The notes under the pieces: model-generated
Databases searched by the model: none
Told to the model about the DNA's origin: nothing
Seen by the model: the letters and a program-made list of their open reading frames with translations, nothing else
Program-made: the position numbers and the translations under genes
Shown: piece by piece, positions 26,178 through 36,379 of the stretch
Layout: each line of letters starts with the position of its first letter
Position numbering within the stretch: position 1 is the first letter of the stretch
DNA from: an uncultured virus (IMG/VR IMGVR_UViG_3300042559_001567)
Lineage: Duplodnaviria; Heunggongvirae; Uroviricota; Caudoviricetes
Direction: 5' to 3' (one strand)
IMG/VR virus record: IMGVR_UViG_3300042559_001567
Location: 1 to 64,000 of that record
DNA: 64,000 nucleotides

Positions 26178-27059
26178 TTACCAAGTTTTACAAGCCCAAT
26201 ATCTTGGTTTCCAACGAGGTCCAGGATTTTCACAATTATGTCTAGCTCTAAAAGATTTACGTCTCTGAGGATTATTTTTCTTAATAACCATTCTTTTTCC
26301 TTTCGCAGATTTACCTCCGAAACCGAAATTTACTTTAACGACCTTACCCTTGTCATTCTTGACATACACTTTAAACTTTTTAATATCACCTTGCATGATT
26401 TTGCCAAGTTGAACCTTACGTCCTTGATACTCGGCCTCATTTAACATATTGGTTGATTCAAAATTTGTATTTTGAACAGAACCCGACTCATCTTCATAAA
26501 TTAAAACAGGAGTTTCTTCGTTATATTCAAAAAGTCTTTCAAATTGATCCTCAGATATTTGAATAATTGTTCTTTTTTCTACACTTTCAGATAATCTATC
26601 AGATTCTTTATATCTAAGGGGATTAGACATTTTTTCTGATTGACTAAACAATCTTTTTTTTCTTGTAAACGCAAAACTTCTACTTCTTTCGTCAACATTT
26701 TGTTGTTCATCGAATTTTGTCATTGTTGGTTTATTACCTTTCCCAATTTTTGGGTCTTTCTTTTCTGCGTTTCTTTTTTGAGATGTCATTGCTTTCTTTT
26801 CTTTTTTATCATAAGAAGAAGCTACTTTAGGGGTGTCTTTTGATACTTTTTTAGAGGGTCTACATTTTGGGTAACCCTTTCTTCCCTTTTCACCATCGGC
26901 GTCACTACGACCACATGGAGGATGTTTACCGTCAATTTTACGACTTACATCAACCCATTTTTCTTTAAACCATCTACCTAAGTCTTCTTCTAAGACTTCA
27001 CCATTTTTAATAGATAATTTAATATATCGTAAATCTTCTTCGTTTATGTGTATTTTCAT
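26178..27059 (-). CDS. Two-domain basic hypothetical protein (conserved T4-like phage modules)
   Basis: LGRWFKEKWVD..CGR..YPKCRP domain and AEYQGRKV..FRARHNC..YWAC domain separated by LxE-rich spacers. Confidence 0.7.
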   Translation of the reverse strand: MKIHINEEDLRYIKLSIKNGEVLEEDLGRWFKEKWVDVSRKIDGKHPPCGRSDADGEKGRKGYPKCRPSKKVSKDTPKVASSYDKKEKKAMTSQKRNAEKKDPKIGKGNKPTMTKFDEQQNVDERSRSFAFTRKKRLFSQSEKMSNPLRYKESDRLSESVEKRTIIQISEDQFERLFEYNEETPVLIYEDESGSVQNTNFESTNMLNEAEYQGRKVQLGKIMQGDIKKFKVYVKNDKGKVVKVNFGFGGKSAKGKRMVIKKNNPQRRKSFRARHNCENPGPRWKPRYWACKTW

Positions 27060-27062
27060 AAT

Positions 27063-27521
27063 TTACTTTTTACCACTACAGTATGAACCGGAGCATTGTT
27101 TTTTACCATCTAATCCTTTAATTTTACCCTTACAGACTTGTACTGCGTACCCATTTGCATATGCCGATGGATAAACTTTAAATTTAGATTTGGCTGCGGA
27201 CATTCCTCTTGAACAAAGTTTGTTTCTTTTTTTCTCTGATTCTGACAGATTTTTTTGTTCAAAATAACCATCAATGAAGTTAGCAACCTCCTCAATATCA
27301 TCCGCAGATGTTGTTATATGGTCACCAGCCCAAGCATGTTCTCCTGTGACTAATTTAGGGAAATCGGTTTGGTGTTTAAATGACAGTATTGTTTCAATAT
27401 CATTCTTTATTTTAACAAGGTTACTTAAAACCATGTACGTTCCGTCCTCAGATATGTGAGATTCTTGTTGTTCTTTAACCACCTTACTTAAATGTTTTTT
27501 AATTAATTCACTTATGTTCAT
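27063..27521 (-). CDS. Hypothetical protein with C-terminal basic KFKVYPSAYANG module
   Basis: TATTTATT 3 nt upstream; Cys-rich basic C-terminus. Confidence 0.7.
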   Translation of the reverse strand: MNISELIKKHLSKVVKEQQESHISEDGTYMVLSNLVKIKNDIETILSFKHQTDFPKLVTGEHAWAGDHITTSADDIEEVANFIDGYFEQKNLSESEKKRNKLCSRGMSAAKSKFKVYPSAYANGYAVQVCKGKIKGLDGKKQCSGSYCSGKK

Positions 27522-27535
27522 AATAATAAATATTT

Positions 27536-28906
27536 TTATTTTTCAGATAAAATTTCAAATTTTATATGTTCTTTATAGAAGATTTCTTCTGTATGAGTTT
27601 TTCCTTTTATTTCTATAAAATATTCCCTCGGAATATAAATAGACGTGTCTAATGTAAAAGAATTTTCATTTGTGGTATCTGTCAAAGTCCAATCATGAAT
27701 AATAACATCGGTAACCCCCTCCTTTATAAACATTCTATAATAAACCTCGTCAAATAACACCGTTTTAGGATTGTCAATTGATTTAAAACTTATTACAACT
27801 TTTCTTTTTTCTCCTCTTTTTATCTTATCGGATTGTTTTATACCAAAATATTGTATTGCATATCTTTGTAATTCTGTTTGATTTGCACCAATAGTATATA
27901 ATGAGGTGTATGGTTTAGGTACGAATTTTTGAGTGACATCTGAAATGTCAACACCATCTAAGGTTAAATTTTTCCACTTATCAAAAAAGAATTTTTTACC
28001 GTCACACAAAACACCATCAATTCCAAATGTAACTTTGTAAACTCCCTTTTTGACTTTTGTTGCTGTAAAATTGGACAATCCACTAATAACGGTATTTGTA
28101 CTATCCAATATATCCACCATTGGAAGTTCATCTAAATCATAAAAATTAGAACCTTTTGTAACATACAAATATAAATTTTGGTCAACCCCACCGATAAAAT
28201 TTTGTCTATCATCTTCTATTCTATCATCAAATGTTGATTCCATATAAGGTTCAAAGAACGTTTGGGTGTATTTCGTAAAAAACGCTACAGAGTTATCAAC
28301 CTCGGGACTTAAATCTTGATATAACACCGAAAACGCAATTCCCAATCCGTGATTTGTATCTCCCGATAATATACCATTAACATATCCTGTTATATCGACA
28401 TTAATATCCTCATTACCATTGTCAAAATGCATTGAAGTTACTATAATTGGGTCTGTTGCATATACACCTTGACTTGTCCATTCATTTAAAGTGGTTCTAT
28501 TAAACCAGTTAGATGGTCTCTCATCAAATGTGTGGTTACCAGTTGTAAAATCATAACCAGAGTCTTGGTAATCAAAACCAACACCCTCGTCCCAAAATTC
28601 TGTTATTTTAAAGATTATTAAATCAAAAGAAGTTGCTCTATCTCTTGAGGTACTTCTGTTTTTACCTTTTAGTCCCTCGTCACCAAAAATCGTGTTTGTT
28701 AGATGTAATGTGTGGTTAGTGGTGTTGGTTACAACCAATTCACCCGAGTTTACTTTATTCTGTAAACTGTCTAAATCTAATTTAAATATAAATTTAGAAA
28801 ATCCAGAACCATAAAATATCTCAGTTGTTGGATTTTTAGAGGTATTAACAGCAGAATCCTTTATGATTGTGTTGTTTTTCTCAAAATATGAACGAAAATA
28901 TGACAT
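27536..28906 (-). CDS. Probable virion structural protein
   Basis: Beta-rich 456 aa; late-type motif upstream; next to the spike gene. Confidence 0.6.
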   Translation of the reverse strand: MSYFRSYFEKNNTIIKDSAVNTSKNPTTEIFYGSGFSKFIFKLDLDSLQNKVNSGELVVTNTTNHTLHLTNTIFGDEGLKGKNRSTSRDRATSFDLIIFKITEFWDEGVGFDYQDSGYDFTTGNHTFDERPSNWFNRTTLNEWTSQGVYATDPIIVTSMHFDNGNEDINVDITGYVNGILSGDTNHGLGIAFSVLYQDLSPEVDNSVAFFTKYTQTFFEPYMESTFDDRIEDDRQNFIGGVDQNLYLYVTKGSNFYDLDELPMVDILDSTNTVISGLSNFTATKVKKGVYKVTFGIDGVLCDGKKFFFDKWKNLTLDGVDISDVTQKFVPKPYTSLYTIGANQTELQRYAIQYFGIKQSDKIKRGEKRKVVISFKSIDNPKTVLFDEVYYRMFIKEGVTDVIIHDWTLTDTTNENSFTLDTSIYIPREYFIEIKGKTHTEEIFYKEHIKFEILSEK

Positions 28907-28930
28907 CTCTTTTTATTTATAAATATCAAA

Positions 28931-30442
28931 TTAGTTGATTCTAATCGATTTATTTAAAATGTCATTTTCAAAAGAGGAATATAACCCCATTAATCTTTCG
29001 TAATTTGGGTCTCCTTTCACTAAAGGACCCATTAAATTATGTTTATGTCCGTTTAATAAATCTATAATTGCTCTTAACAATTCTAATAAATTTTCACCTC
29101 TAACAGTTGAGTATGTGTTTGGTCCAATATCCTTTAAATAATTTTCTTGGGTTAATTCATATTTGTCTAAATTGGTAAAATCAATTGTTTTACCTGAATC
29201 GTTAGTATCTGTAGATATAAGATATATGTTATCCGATTTCAAAGACGCAAAAGTCTGTTCCCCCGGAATGTTTGAATCTTTAAGAACGTTTTCTTTTTTT
29301 GTAACTGGAGTTACCGGCGGTGAAACCTTTGTTCTTGAAAATACCAAACCATTAATTGGACCACATCCTTTATTAATGGTTATTTTATTGAATATAGTTT
29401 TTCTTTCAGTTTTTTGGGTTGTGTCGGATAAAACTCTATTTTTACATTCACTTGTTGGTCTAAAATAAAAAGGATGTAAATCTCCTTCTGAGTATGATGT
29501 ATTAAATTCATTAAGACTCTTTAAGTGTAATGTTTTTAAGACATCTCTTATTGTACAATAAGTTTCTTCGGTATCTTCGGTTGTAAAGGTAAGAGTTGCT
29601 CCCGTTGTTGTCCCATCTAAATTTAATAACTTATAATGGTCTTGAATTAAATCAACATCGGATAGTTTTGGGTTATCCGTTCTATATAAACCACCGAACG
29701 GCTTTGTTAATTTATAAACATATAAACTAACGGTTCTTGTTGTACCGCTAAATTTATCTATTGAATATTCTATAAGATGTGATAAGTCAGATATTGCAAC
29801 GGTGTTCGTGGTTATTTTTTCTTCCTTAAATTCTTTTCTTTTACCAAATTTTTTAAGGTATAGTGTTGATACTTTATTGGACATTAATGGTTGATTTACC
29901 ATTATTGTTTTTTGACCCGTCGATGCATAGTCTTTGGCGATTAATTTACCACCTCTAAGTTGTACACCATTTTCTGTAAAAATAACATCAGAACCGTATT
30001 TTCCATAAACACCAAAGTCTGTTGTTTTTGCGAACGCAGCAACTGATTTAGGATTTTTATATCCATCTGCTTTAGTGGAATCCATAACCGCAGGTCCGTG
30101 TTTTGCTGAAACTCCATATGTTGTATTTTCAACCTGTGCGGAATGTGTTTGTGAATTATAGTCAAACATTGTTGTAAAAGGACCGGCAATATATTCTGTA
30201 TTTACAGTATCTTTATCAGGATTGTAATTTATAATTTTAACCGCTTGACCTTTTTCTGGAATAAAATTAATATTTGTTGGTAGGAATGGATATGCTAAAA
30301 ATAAATCATTATCATCCCATTTTGTGTATTCTAAAGCCTTTTCTTGTTGACTAACCCAAGAACTATATCTAACGCATCTAATTGCACCTAAACCAGCCGG
30401 ATCAAAATTATCAACACAAATACCAATATCTATTATTTTCAT
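28931..30442 (-). CDS. Baseplate hub/spike protein (gp5/VgrG-like)
   Basis: N-terminal GICVDNFDP..G.IR OB-fold-like start, P..GQAV; C-terminal VRGENL..HKH motif. Confidence 0.65.
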   Translation of the reverse strand: MKIIDIGICVDNFDPAGLGAIRCVRYSSWVSQQEKALEYTKWDDNDLFLAYPFLPTNINFIPEKGQAVKIINYNPDKDTVNTEYIAGPFTTMFDYNSQTHSAQVENTTYGVSAKHGPAVMDSTKADGYKNPKSVAAFAKTTDFGVYGKYGSDVIFTENGVQLRGGKLIAKDYASTGQKTIMVNQPLMSNKVSTLYLKKFGKRKEFKEEKITTNTVAISDLSHLIEYSIDKFSGTTRTVSLYVYKLTKPFGGLYRTDNPKLSDVDLIQDHYKLLNLDGTTTGATLTFTTEDTEETYCTIRDVLKTLHLKSLNEFNTSYSEGDLHPFYFRPTSECKNRVLSDTTQKTERKTIFNKITINKGCGPINGLVFSRTKVSPPVTPVTKKENVLKDSNIPGEQTFASLKSDNIYLISTDTNDSGKTIDFTNLDKYELTQENYLKDIGPNTYSTVRGENLLELLRAIIDLLNGHKHNLMGPLVKGDPNYERLMGLYSSFENDILNKSIRIN

Positions 30443-30639
30443 TTCTTAATTCTTTTCTCTATTTCATTATTTACATTATTATATAAAATTTCAATAGATT
30501 CTAAATGTCTTGTTAAATCTATAATTAAATTTTTTGTTTTTTCGTGTTCACCATATAATTCATTAACCACAACAAATAAATCTTTATTTGATTTATTTTT
30601 AGGGTCTTTTGCTATTTCAATTAAATTTTCTTTTTCCAT
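30439..30639 (-). CDS. Small coiled-coil hypothetical protein
   Basis: 66 aa, coupled to neighbours. Confidence 0.65.
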   Translation of the reverse strand: MEKENLIEIAKDPKNKSNKDLFVVVNELYGEHEKTKNLIIDLTRHLESIEILYNNVNNEIEKRIKK

Positions 30640-30640
30640 G

Positions 30641-32548
30641 TTAAAACATTTTTCCTGAACTTGTTATAATACCCGGTGGAATTATAATTGGTAATCCAAA
30701 CGGTGTTGGTATAATAACCTCTTGTGTTGATACTTGTATAAAACTGTTTGCGTCGTGTTCTTCGGTTTGACCATCAATTACAGATTTAACTAATGCAGTT
30801 AAATTATTTGATTCTCCAAAAATTGGACCTGTACTAATTCCAGAAGATTCTAATTTTTCAGTAATATTTAATAACGCTCTATCCGTACTAAAACCAGGTA
30901 AATAATGAGACAACCCTAACAAAAATCCTGGCACTTGAGCACCTCCAGTAAGACCTCCAGTAATACTAGAAATACCACCCTTTAAGGCTAAATCTATTGA
31001 TTGAGATATAATTTTAAATAATGAATCACAATTATCTAACCCCAATTCTAATAATTTTGTTAATAGTGCAATTAACGATGTTATAATAAGATAATAACGT
31101 TTTGCTTTATTTTTTAATATTTTTAATGCTAATCTTTGTAAGAAATTTAATAAATCTATTTTAACTCGTTTCCAAAACTCAGATAAAAATTTCCAAAGTA
31201 GATTTCTAATAATTTCATTAAATAATTTACTCAATTTTTTCATTATTTCTTTTGCGGATTCAACCAATCCCCCAACACCAGCAACAACTGATTTGTATAT
31301 AATAACAATTGGTAGCATATATTTCGGTGCCAATACGGAACCTATTAATGCCTTTGGTAAATTTAAAATAAAAGTGTTTAATAATGATAAATGAAAATTA
31401 TCTGGCGGTATAGACGAGTCTGATGTCTCATGTGCTGCAGCCGCGGCATTTAACAATGCATTATTAACAGCATCGTTTAAATTTTTCTTATTTGATAAGT
31501 AAACAAAATCTTCAAAGTGAGAGGTGTCAGCCACAGATTCAAAATTGTTACAATCTTTAAATCTCAATACTTTTTTATATCTCGCACTTTCATCATCCAA
31601 ATCAATACCCTCAACATTATCAAAATCAAAATAAAATTCAATGTCTTCATCATTTTCATTAAATTCAGTGGTTGGATTTTGATTTGTACCTGTAGATGTT
31701 GGGTTGTTACATAATGCACATAATTTTGCCAATAATCTATTTAATTCATTAAAACCTTTATCAAATAAAGGAGGTTCGGTACCATCTCCTTGTAATGTCA
31801 TTAACATTGCTGTTTTTGTAACACCACTGATGTCTAAAAACTCTATATTAGTGTAGTATGTTGTTAAAAATTCATCAACTTTGGTTACACTAAAATTATC
31901 AAATGTATATTTTTGAGTTGATGCATTCCAATTAATGTCAAATATTGGGTCGGGGTCCTTTGTATAAAATGTTTGTGGTGAAGTAAAACCACTATAAAGT
32001 AATTGGTTCATTTTAACTAACCCTCTATCTTTATTATCTTCGTAAACAATTTTACCACTATTACTAACGGGTGAAACTGTTAATACATTCATAAAATCAA
32101 ATTCAGAAGGTGATATGGTCACACTACTAATTAAAGATTTATTTGTACCACAAATACCGTCTCCGGCAAATAAAACCTTTTTAACACTATCCATAACAAT
32201 CTGTTTTGAACTTTTTAAAGTTTCATTTATAGAATCGTTTGTGTGTTGTCTAAGTCTTTGTTTGTTTGTACTTTTTTCGTTAATCTCTATCTTATTGTTT
32301 GTTCCTAAAAACCCCTCAACGGTATCGATTAATTCACCAAAAATATCCTTGTTGTTCTCTTTTTTCTTTTTTCTTTTTTCAGCAAAATCTGAAAGTTTTT
32401 TACCAAAAAGGGCATCAGTTGTTGGTAAGTCCTTTAAGAATTTATCACTTTTCTCATTGAAACTTTTCTCACCGTCGTCGGCAATTCTCTTAACCGCATC
32501 AATTTTGGCCTTTATTTTGGACTTCTGTTCTTTTATTTTAGATGCCAT
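30641..32548 (-). CDS. Hypothetical protein, possibly structural
   Basis: 635-aa ORF in the late operon with the spike gene. Confidence 0.7.
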   Translation of the reverse strand: MASKIKEQKSKIKAKIDAVKRIADDGEKSFNEKSDKFLKDLPTTDALFGKKLSDFAEKRKKKKENNKDIFGELIDTVEGFLGTNNKIEINEKSTNKQRLRQHTNDSINETLKSSKQIVMDSVKKVLFAGDGICGTNKSLISSVTISPSEFDFMNVLTVSPVSNSGKIVYEDNKDRGLVKMNQLLYSGFTSPQTFYTKDPDPIFDINWNASTQKYTFDNFSVTKVDEFLTTYYTNIEFLDISGVTKTAMLMTLQGDGTEPPLFDKGFNELNRLLAKLCALCNNPTSTGTNQNPTTEFNENDEDIEFYFDFDNVEGIDLDDESARYKKVLRFKDCNNFESVADTSHFEDFVYLSNKKNLNDAVNNALLNAAAAAHETSDSSIPPDNFHLSLLNTFILNLPKALIGSVLAPKYMLPIVIIYKSVVAGVGGLVESAKEIMKKLSKLFNEIIRNLLWKFLSEFWKRVKIDLLNFLQRLALKILKNKAKRYYLIITSLIALLTKLLELGLDNCDSLFKIISQSIDLALKGGISSITGGLTGGAQVPGFLLGLSHYLPGFSTDRALLNITEKLESSGISTGPIFGESNNLTALVKSVIDGQTEEHDANSFIQVSTQEVIIPTPFGLPIIIPPGIITSSGKMF

Positions 32549-32928
32549 TATAATCTATAGTTAGTTTCGTTTTTATTGTCACCGTCATTAACCAACTTAT
32601 CCAATAAATCTCTATCCTCCTCAGATAATGTTAATTTACCCATAGGTCCACCTTTACCACTACCCGTTCCTTGGGTCTGTTTAAGGAGTGCACTTTGTAA
32701 TTTTACAAGGGATATTTTCTTTTCGGTAAGGTCATTTAAAACCTTTTGTTGTTCTTTGATTACGGGACCAATAACACTCATATCTTCAGCATCTTTCATA
32801 AAAGAAAGCATTTTTTTCATAATAATTGAGGCGGTGTTTCGGTTCTCAACTACATCATTATATATCTCCTGCATTAAAGCCAATGCAGAATCAACATCTA
32901 ATGATATTAAATTTCTTTGTGTTCTCAT
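32548..32928 (-). CDS. Hypothetical helical protein
   Basis: TATTTATA 3 nt upstream; 126 aa. Confidence 0.7.
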   Translation of the reverse strand: MRTQRNLISLDVDSALALMQEIYNDVVENRNTASIIMKKMLSFMKDAEDMSVIGPVIKEQQKVLNDLTEKKISLVKLQSALLKQTQGTGSGKGGPMGKLTLSEEDRDLLDKLVNDGDNKNETNYRL

Positions 32929-32942
32929 ACCTATAAATAGAT

Positions 32943-33641
32943 TTATTCTAAAAATCCACCCAAAATCCCGTCGTACATCTTTTTGAATTTTTTTAGAGAT
33001 ATTCTAATTTCTTTGGTGGAAAGGGATGTCATTTCTCGTAATGATAATAAAATTAGGTTTTTGTTAAATTTATTACCGTCACCAACTTGGAATATTCTAT
33101 CAAAATTATTAAAAATTTCAAGTAACGCATAACCTAATTTCTGTTCGTTATCTGTTAGGTCTTCTTTTTCCATAAACTCCTCTAAGGATATTGTTAGTTT
33201 AATAATAACATCCCGATAGTCTACGATATACTCATCAATAACATAGGATAAATCCGTTCTATCCTCAATGTCAGATGATATATCATCATAAGAAACTTGT
33301 CTATTCTGTTCTTTTGTGTCTTTCTGTATTGCCCCCATTAGGTAGTTTTTACAGATTGTCCCAAAATAGGAGTATGCTTTATGATTTTTTGTGTGATCAA
33401 ATTTGTGAATTTTAGTAATTAAAAACGACATTGTATCGTTATGAATTTCCTCAAATTCTAAATCTTTTCTGTAAAGTTTATAACGTCGAATAATTGATTC
33501 GACCATTATAATTAGGGGTTCTCGTAAATATTCGTTGAATATCTTGTTTTTTTCTGCATCGTCACTACTTTCAAGGTAACTGACTACCGCCTTCTCTTGA
33601 TCCTCCCCAAAATAAATTTTTTGGGTACGTTTTCTCGGCAT
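32943..33641 (-). CDS. Phage sigma factor, T4 gp55-like (late transcription)
   Basis: Region-2-like segment KIHKFDHTKNHKAYSYFGTICKNYL. Confidence 0.7.
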   Translation of the reverse strand: MPRKRTQKIYFGEDQEKAVVSYLESSDDAEKNKIFNEYLREPLIIMVESIIRRYKLYRKDLEFEEIHNDTMSFLITKIHKFDHTKNHKAYSYFGTICKNYLMGAIQKDTKEQNRQVSYDDISSDIEDRTDLSYVIDEYIVDYRDVIIKLTISLEEFMEKEDLTDNEQKLGYALLEIFNNFDRIFQVGDGNKFNKNLILLSLREMTSLSTKEIRISLKKFKKMYDGILGGFLE

Positions 33642-34420
33642 TAAGCTGGTTGATAATTTACATCTCGTTTATTTTTAAAGAAAAATTCTTTCTTTGCTGT
33701 GTCCAACCAAAATTTAACTTCGTTTTCAGATAGAATCATTTTTTCCTCATTTTTATATTTCCAAAATAATGAATCTTCTCTTAGATTTACGTGTTGATAT
33801 CCCGCCTTAGGAACTGTCATTATTCTAACACCATTGTGTGTTAATCTTAATAAGAATTCATAAACAAATGTTAATTTAATATTTTCTTTAAATTTACCAT
33901 TGTCTTTAATGACTTGTGTTTTAAATAATCCACCGCTTGTTTGATAATTTTGGAAATCTAATAAAACTTCGTTATCGATAAATCCTTGCATATCGGTAAA
34001 ACCATATGCCCAAGCAGATTCATTAGTATAATTAATAAATTTACCCTCTACATTAATATCTTTAACTATTGGTAAAAATACAGAAACATCTGTAAAGACT
34101 TTACTATATTCGTTCATTGATTTTAACCAAACTGGTTTAAATTCGTCATCAATTTCTAAAATTGTAAACCATTCAGTATCACAATTGTCAATACCTAAAT
34201 TTACTTGTGAACAAAAATCGGTCTCACCTTTATTTGTAACAATCGTTATTTCTAATTTATTTGATAAATCTTTTAAATCTTTTTTTAATGATGTTGGACA
34301 AACAATAGAAACTTTTACATCATTATGAAAATCTTCGACTGATGATAGTGCGTTATTTAACATTTCCTTATAATCATCAGATAAGGTATGAATTGGTAAA
34401 ATTACTGTTATATTTTTCAT
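33641..34420 (-). CDS. Glycosyltransferase, GT-A/GT2-like
   Basis: ITVILPIH start, VNLGI, WFTILEIDD. Confidence 0.8.
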   Translation of the reverse strand: MKNITVILPIHTLSDDYKEMLNNALSSVEDFHNDVKVSIVCPTSLKKDLKDLSNKLEITIVTNKGETDFCSQVNLGIDNCDTEWFTILEIDDEFKPVWLKSMNEYSKVFTDVSVFLPIVKDINVEGKFINYTNESAWAYGFTDMQGFIDNEVLLDFQNYQTSGGLFKTQVIKDNGKFKENIKLTFVYEFLLRLTHNGVRIMTVPKAGYQHVNLREDSLFWKYKNEEKMILSENEVKFWLDTAKKEFFFKNKRDVNYQPA

Positions 34421-35484
34421 GCTGTAGTTTCTTCTTCTTTTAATTTATTAAGTGCATTCTCGATAGATTCCACTCTTTTATTTATTAGTGATTTGAAAAT
34501 TGATAGTACATTGTTTTTTGTTATATCAAGACTATATGGTAATAAAGTATCCTTCATTTTTTCCTTAACCTCATCACTTAATTCAACTCCTTCAACCCAC
34601 GCCAATACATAAGTTGCTAATATTTCTACCAACTTATTGATATCATATGTCCACATTCCATTTTCGTCTAACCATTCAGGTTCAATATTTGGTATTTTAC
34701 CAACAACAGGAACTCCACATTTCATCGACTCCAATGGGAACGTACCAAACGTAGAGTCATCGTCAACCCAAACAGAAACCATACATTCTTTTAATGCGGT
34801 TGCAAATTCATCATAAGATAATTGAACCATATCTTTAAATGTTATCCAACGTAATTGTGGGTATTTTAAATAAAATTCAGATATGATTCTTCTATGAATT
34901 AATCTATCTCTTGAACTAATTGCAATATATGGTTTTAATGGTAATGATATTGGTTTGAAATTTTCACCTATAATTGGAGGGATAACAAAAACTAAAGATT
35001 CTGGAAATATATCTAAAATATATTTCTTAGTTTCTTCTGTTGTTGTAATAACTCTATCAAAACCATAATCACTCCAACGACTACCAATTGGTAGATTTTC
35101 AAAAATATAATCTTTTTGTTGTATTAACATTACCTTTACACATTTAACGCTAGATAATTGTTCTAATGCGTTTGAATAATATTCAGGTACTACAAGTACG
35201 TCATCTATTTTTATTTCTATTTTATCTTCTTTGATTGTAACAACACTTAATTCGTCATATGTGCTACCTAACCAATTACTAACTCCAGTATAGCTTTTAT
35301 CCTCTACTAATATTTTAACATTGTAATCGTTTTGTTTCAATATCAATGCCATATCGTAGATATGCTTTACAGATGCTCTTGCGTTATTTCTTGTATCATA
35401 TGTTAAAAAATATATGACATTTTCTTTTGTTGCGAGTCTTCCTAATGAGGACTCTAATTTTTCAATGTTTTCTTTATTATTCAT
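34417..35484 (-). CDS. Glycosyltransferase, GT-B-like
   Basis: LVVPE; TFGTFPLESMKCGVPVVG (variant of EgFglpplEAm.cG). Confidence 0.8.
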   Translation of the reverse strand: MNNKENIEKLESSLGRLATKENVIYFLTYDTRNNARASVKHIYDMALILKQNDYNVKILVEDKSYTGVSNWLGSTYDELSVVTIKEDKIEIKIDDVLVVPEYYSNALEQLSSVKCVKVMLIQQKDYIFENLPIGSRWSDYGFDRVITTTEETKKYILDIFPESLVFVIPPIIGENFKPISLPLKPYIAISSRDRLIHRRIISEFYLKYPQLRWITFKDMVQLSYDEFATALKECMVSVWVDDDSTFGTFPLESMKCGVPVVGKIPNIEPEWLDENGMWTYDINKLVEILATYVLAWVEGVELSDEVKEKMKDTLLPYSLDITKNNVLSIFKSLINKRVESIENALNKLKEEETTA

Positions 35485-35770
35485 CGTCTTCGTTTAATTC
35501 TTCGATTAAGATTTTATATTTTATTAGGGTGTTAAATGCTATTTTAAATGATGTGGTGGTTGAGTTTTGTGCAAACGCACCCATCTCTTCATCAACATCA
35601 TCTACCTCACCTAAGATTCTTTCTAAACACATTTTAATAATTTCATATTTGAAAATGTTTATTTCTAAAGTATCTTCTTCTTCTTCAGTTTTTATTTTGT
35701 TTCCTGTTCTACATTTTTCTGTGATTCCGTCAAGGTCAATGTAGTAGTATTTTCCGAAAATTTCGACCAT
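35477..35770 (-). CDS. Hypothetical protein
   Basis: 97 aa; overlaps the upstream gene by 79 nt. Confidence 0.65.
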   Translation of the reverse strand: MVEIFGKYYYIDLDGITEKCRTGNKIKTEEEEDTLEINIFKYEIIKMCLERILGEVDDVDEEMGAFAQNSTTTSFKIAFNTLIKYKILIEELNEDDE

Positions 35771-36342
35771 GGTTCTTGTATTTCAGTTAATTTAGTTATT
35801 TCTTTATTATAAGTAAAGTGTCCGTTATATTTGCTATTGAATTTTATTCCTGTTTTATTTTCAGGACACGAATCTAAAATTTGTTTATTATCAGTTATCC
35901 AAGCATCACATAAGTCCCACGTATTTTTAATATCCTCAGTTTTAATAAATTTTATATTATTACCAAGAAAACCATTTTTTGATAGAAAAAATAAAGTAGC
36001 GGGCTTTGCTTTACCCAATTCATTTAAACCAACCAACGTAAAATTATGTTCTTTATTTTCGAACAACAATTTATGTAAATCGGTAAATGTTGTTGAATAA
36101 CTTAAACCAGCGTGACCAAATATCTCAATAGGATATTCCATAAAAAGAAAAAATTCGAATTCGTCTTGTGATTGAAACCTATAATGATTAAACAAATCAT
36201 CATTTTTAATTGGCTCAACAACACCGTATTCGAACTTATTTTCGTTCTCAAAATCAGATGCTAGATATGCATCATTATAGTGGTAGTCAAATTTTTGTAT
36301 TGTGTTTCTTAAAACACCATCGATACTAATGAATATTTCCAT
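35692..36342 (-). CDS. HAD-fold 5'(3')-deoxyribonucleotidase-like protein with degenerate motif I
   Basis: IFISIDGVLRN (DxD becomes SxD), WITDN, KFNSKYN. Confidence 0.6.
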   Translation of the reverse strand: MEIFISIDGVLRNTIQKFDYHYNDAYLASDFENENKFEYGVVEPIKNDDLFNHYRFQSQDEFEFFLFMEYPIEIFGHAGLSYSTTFTDLHKLLFENKEHNFTLVGLNELGKAKPATLFFLSKNGFLGNNIKFIKTEDIKNTWDLCDAWITDNKQILDSCPENKTGIKFNSKYNGHFTYNKEITKLTEIQEPWSKFSENTTTLTLTESQKNVEQETK

Positions 36343-36379
36343 ATAAGAAATATAACATTATCGAGATTATAAGTAAACC

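Noticed and set aside
32548..32928. Possible terminase small subunit
   Set aside because: Size and helicity fit, but no recognisable motif and it lies far from the large subunit; left as hypothetical
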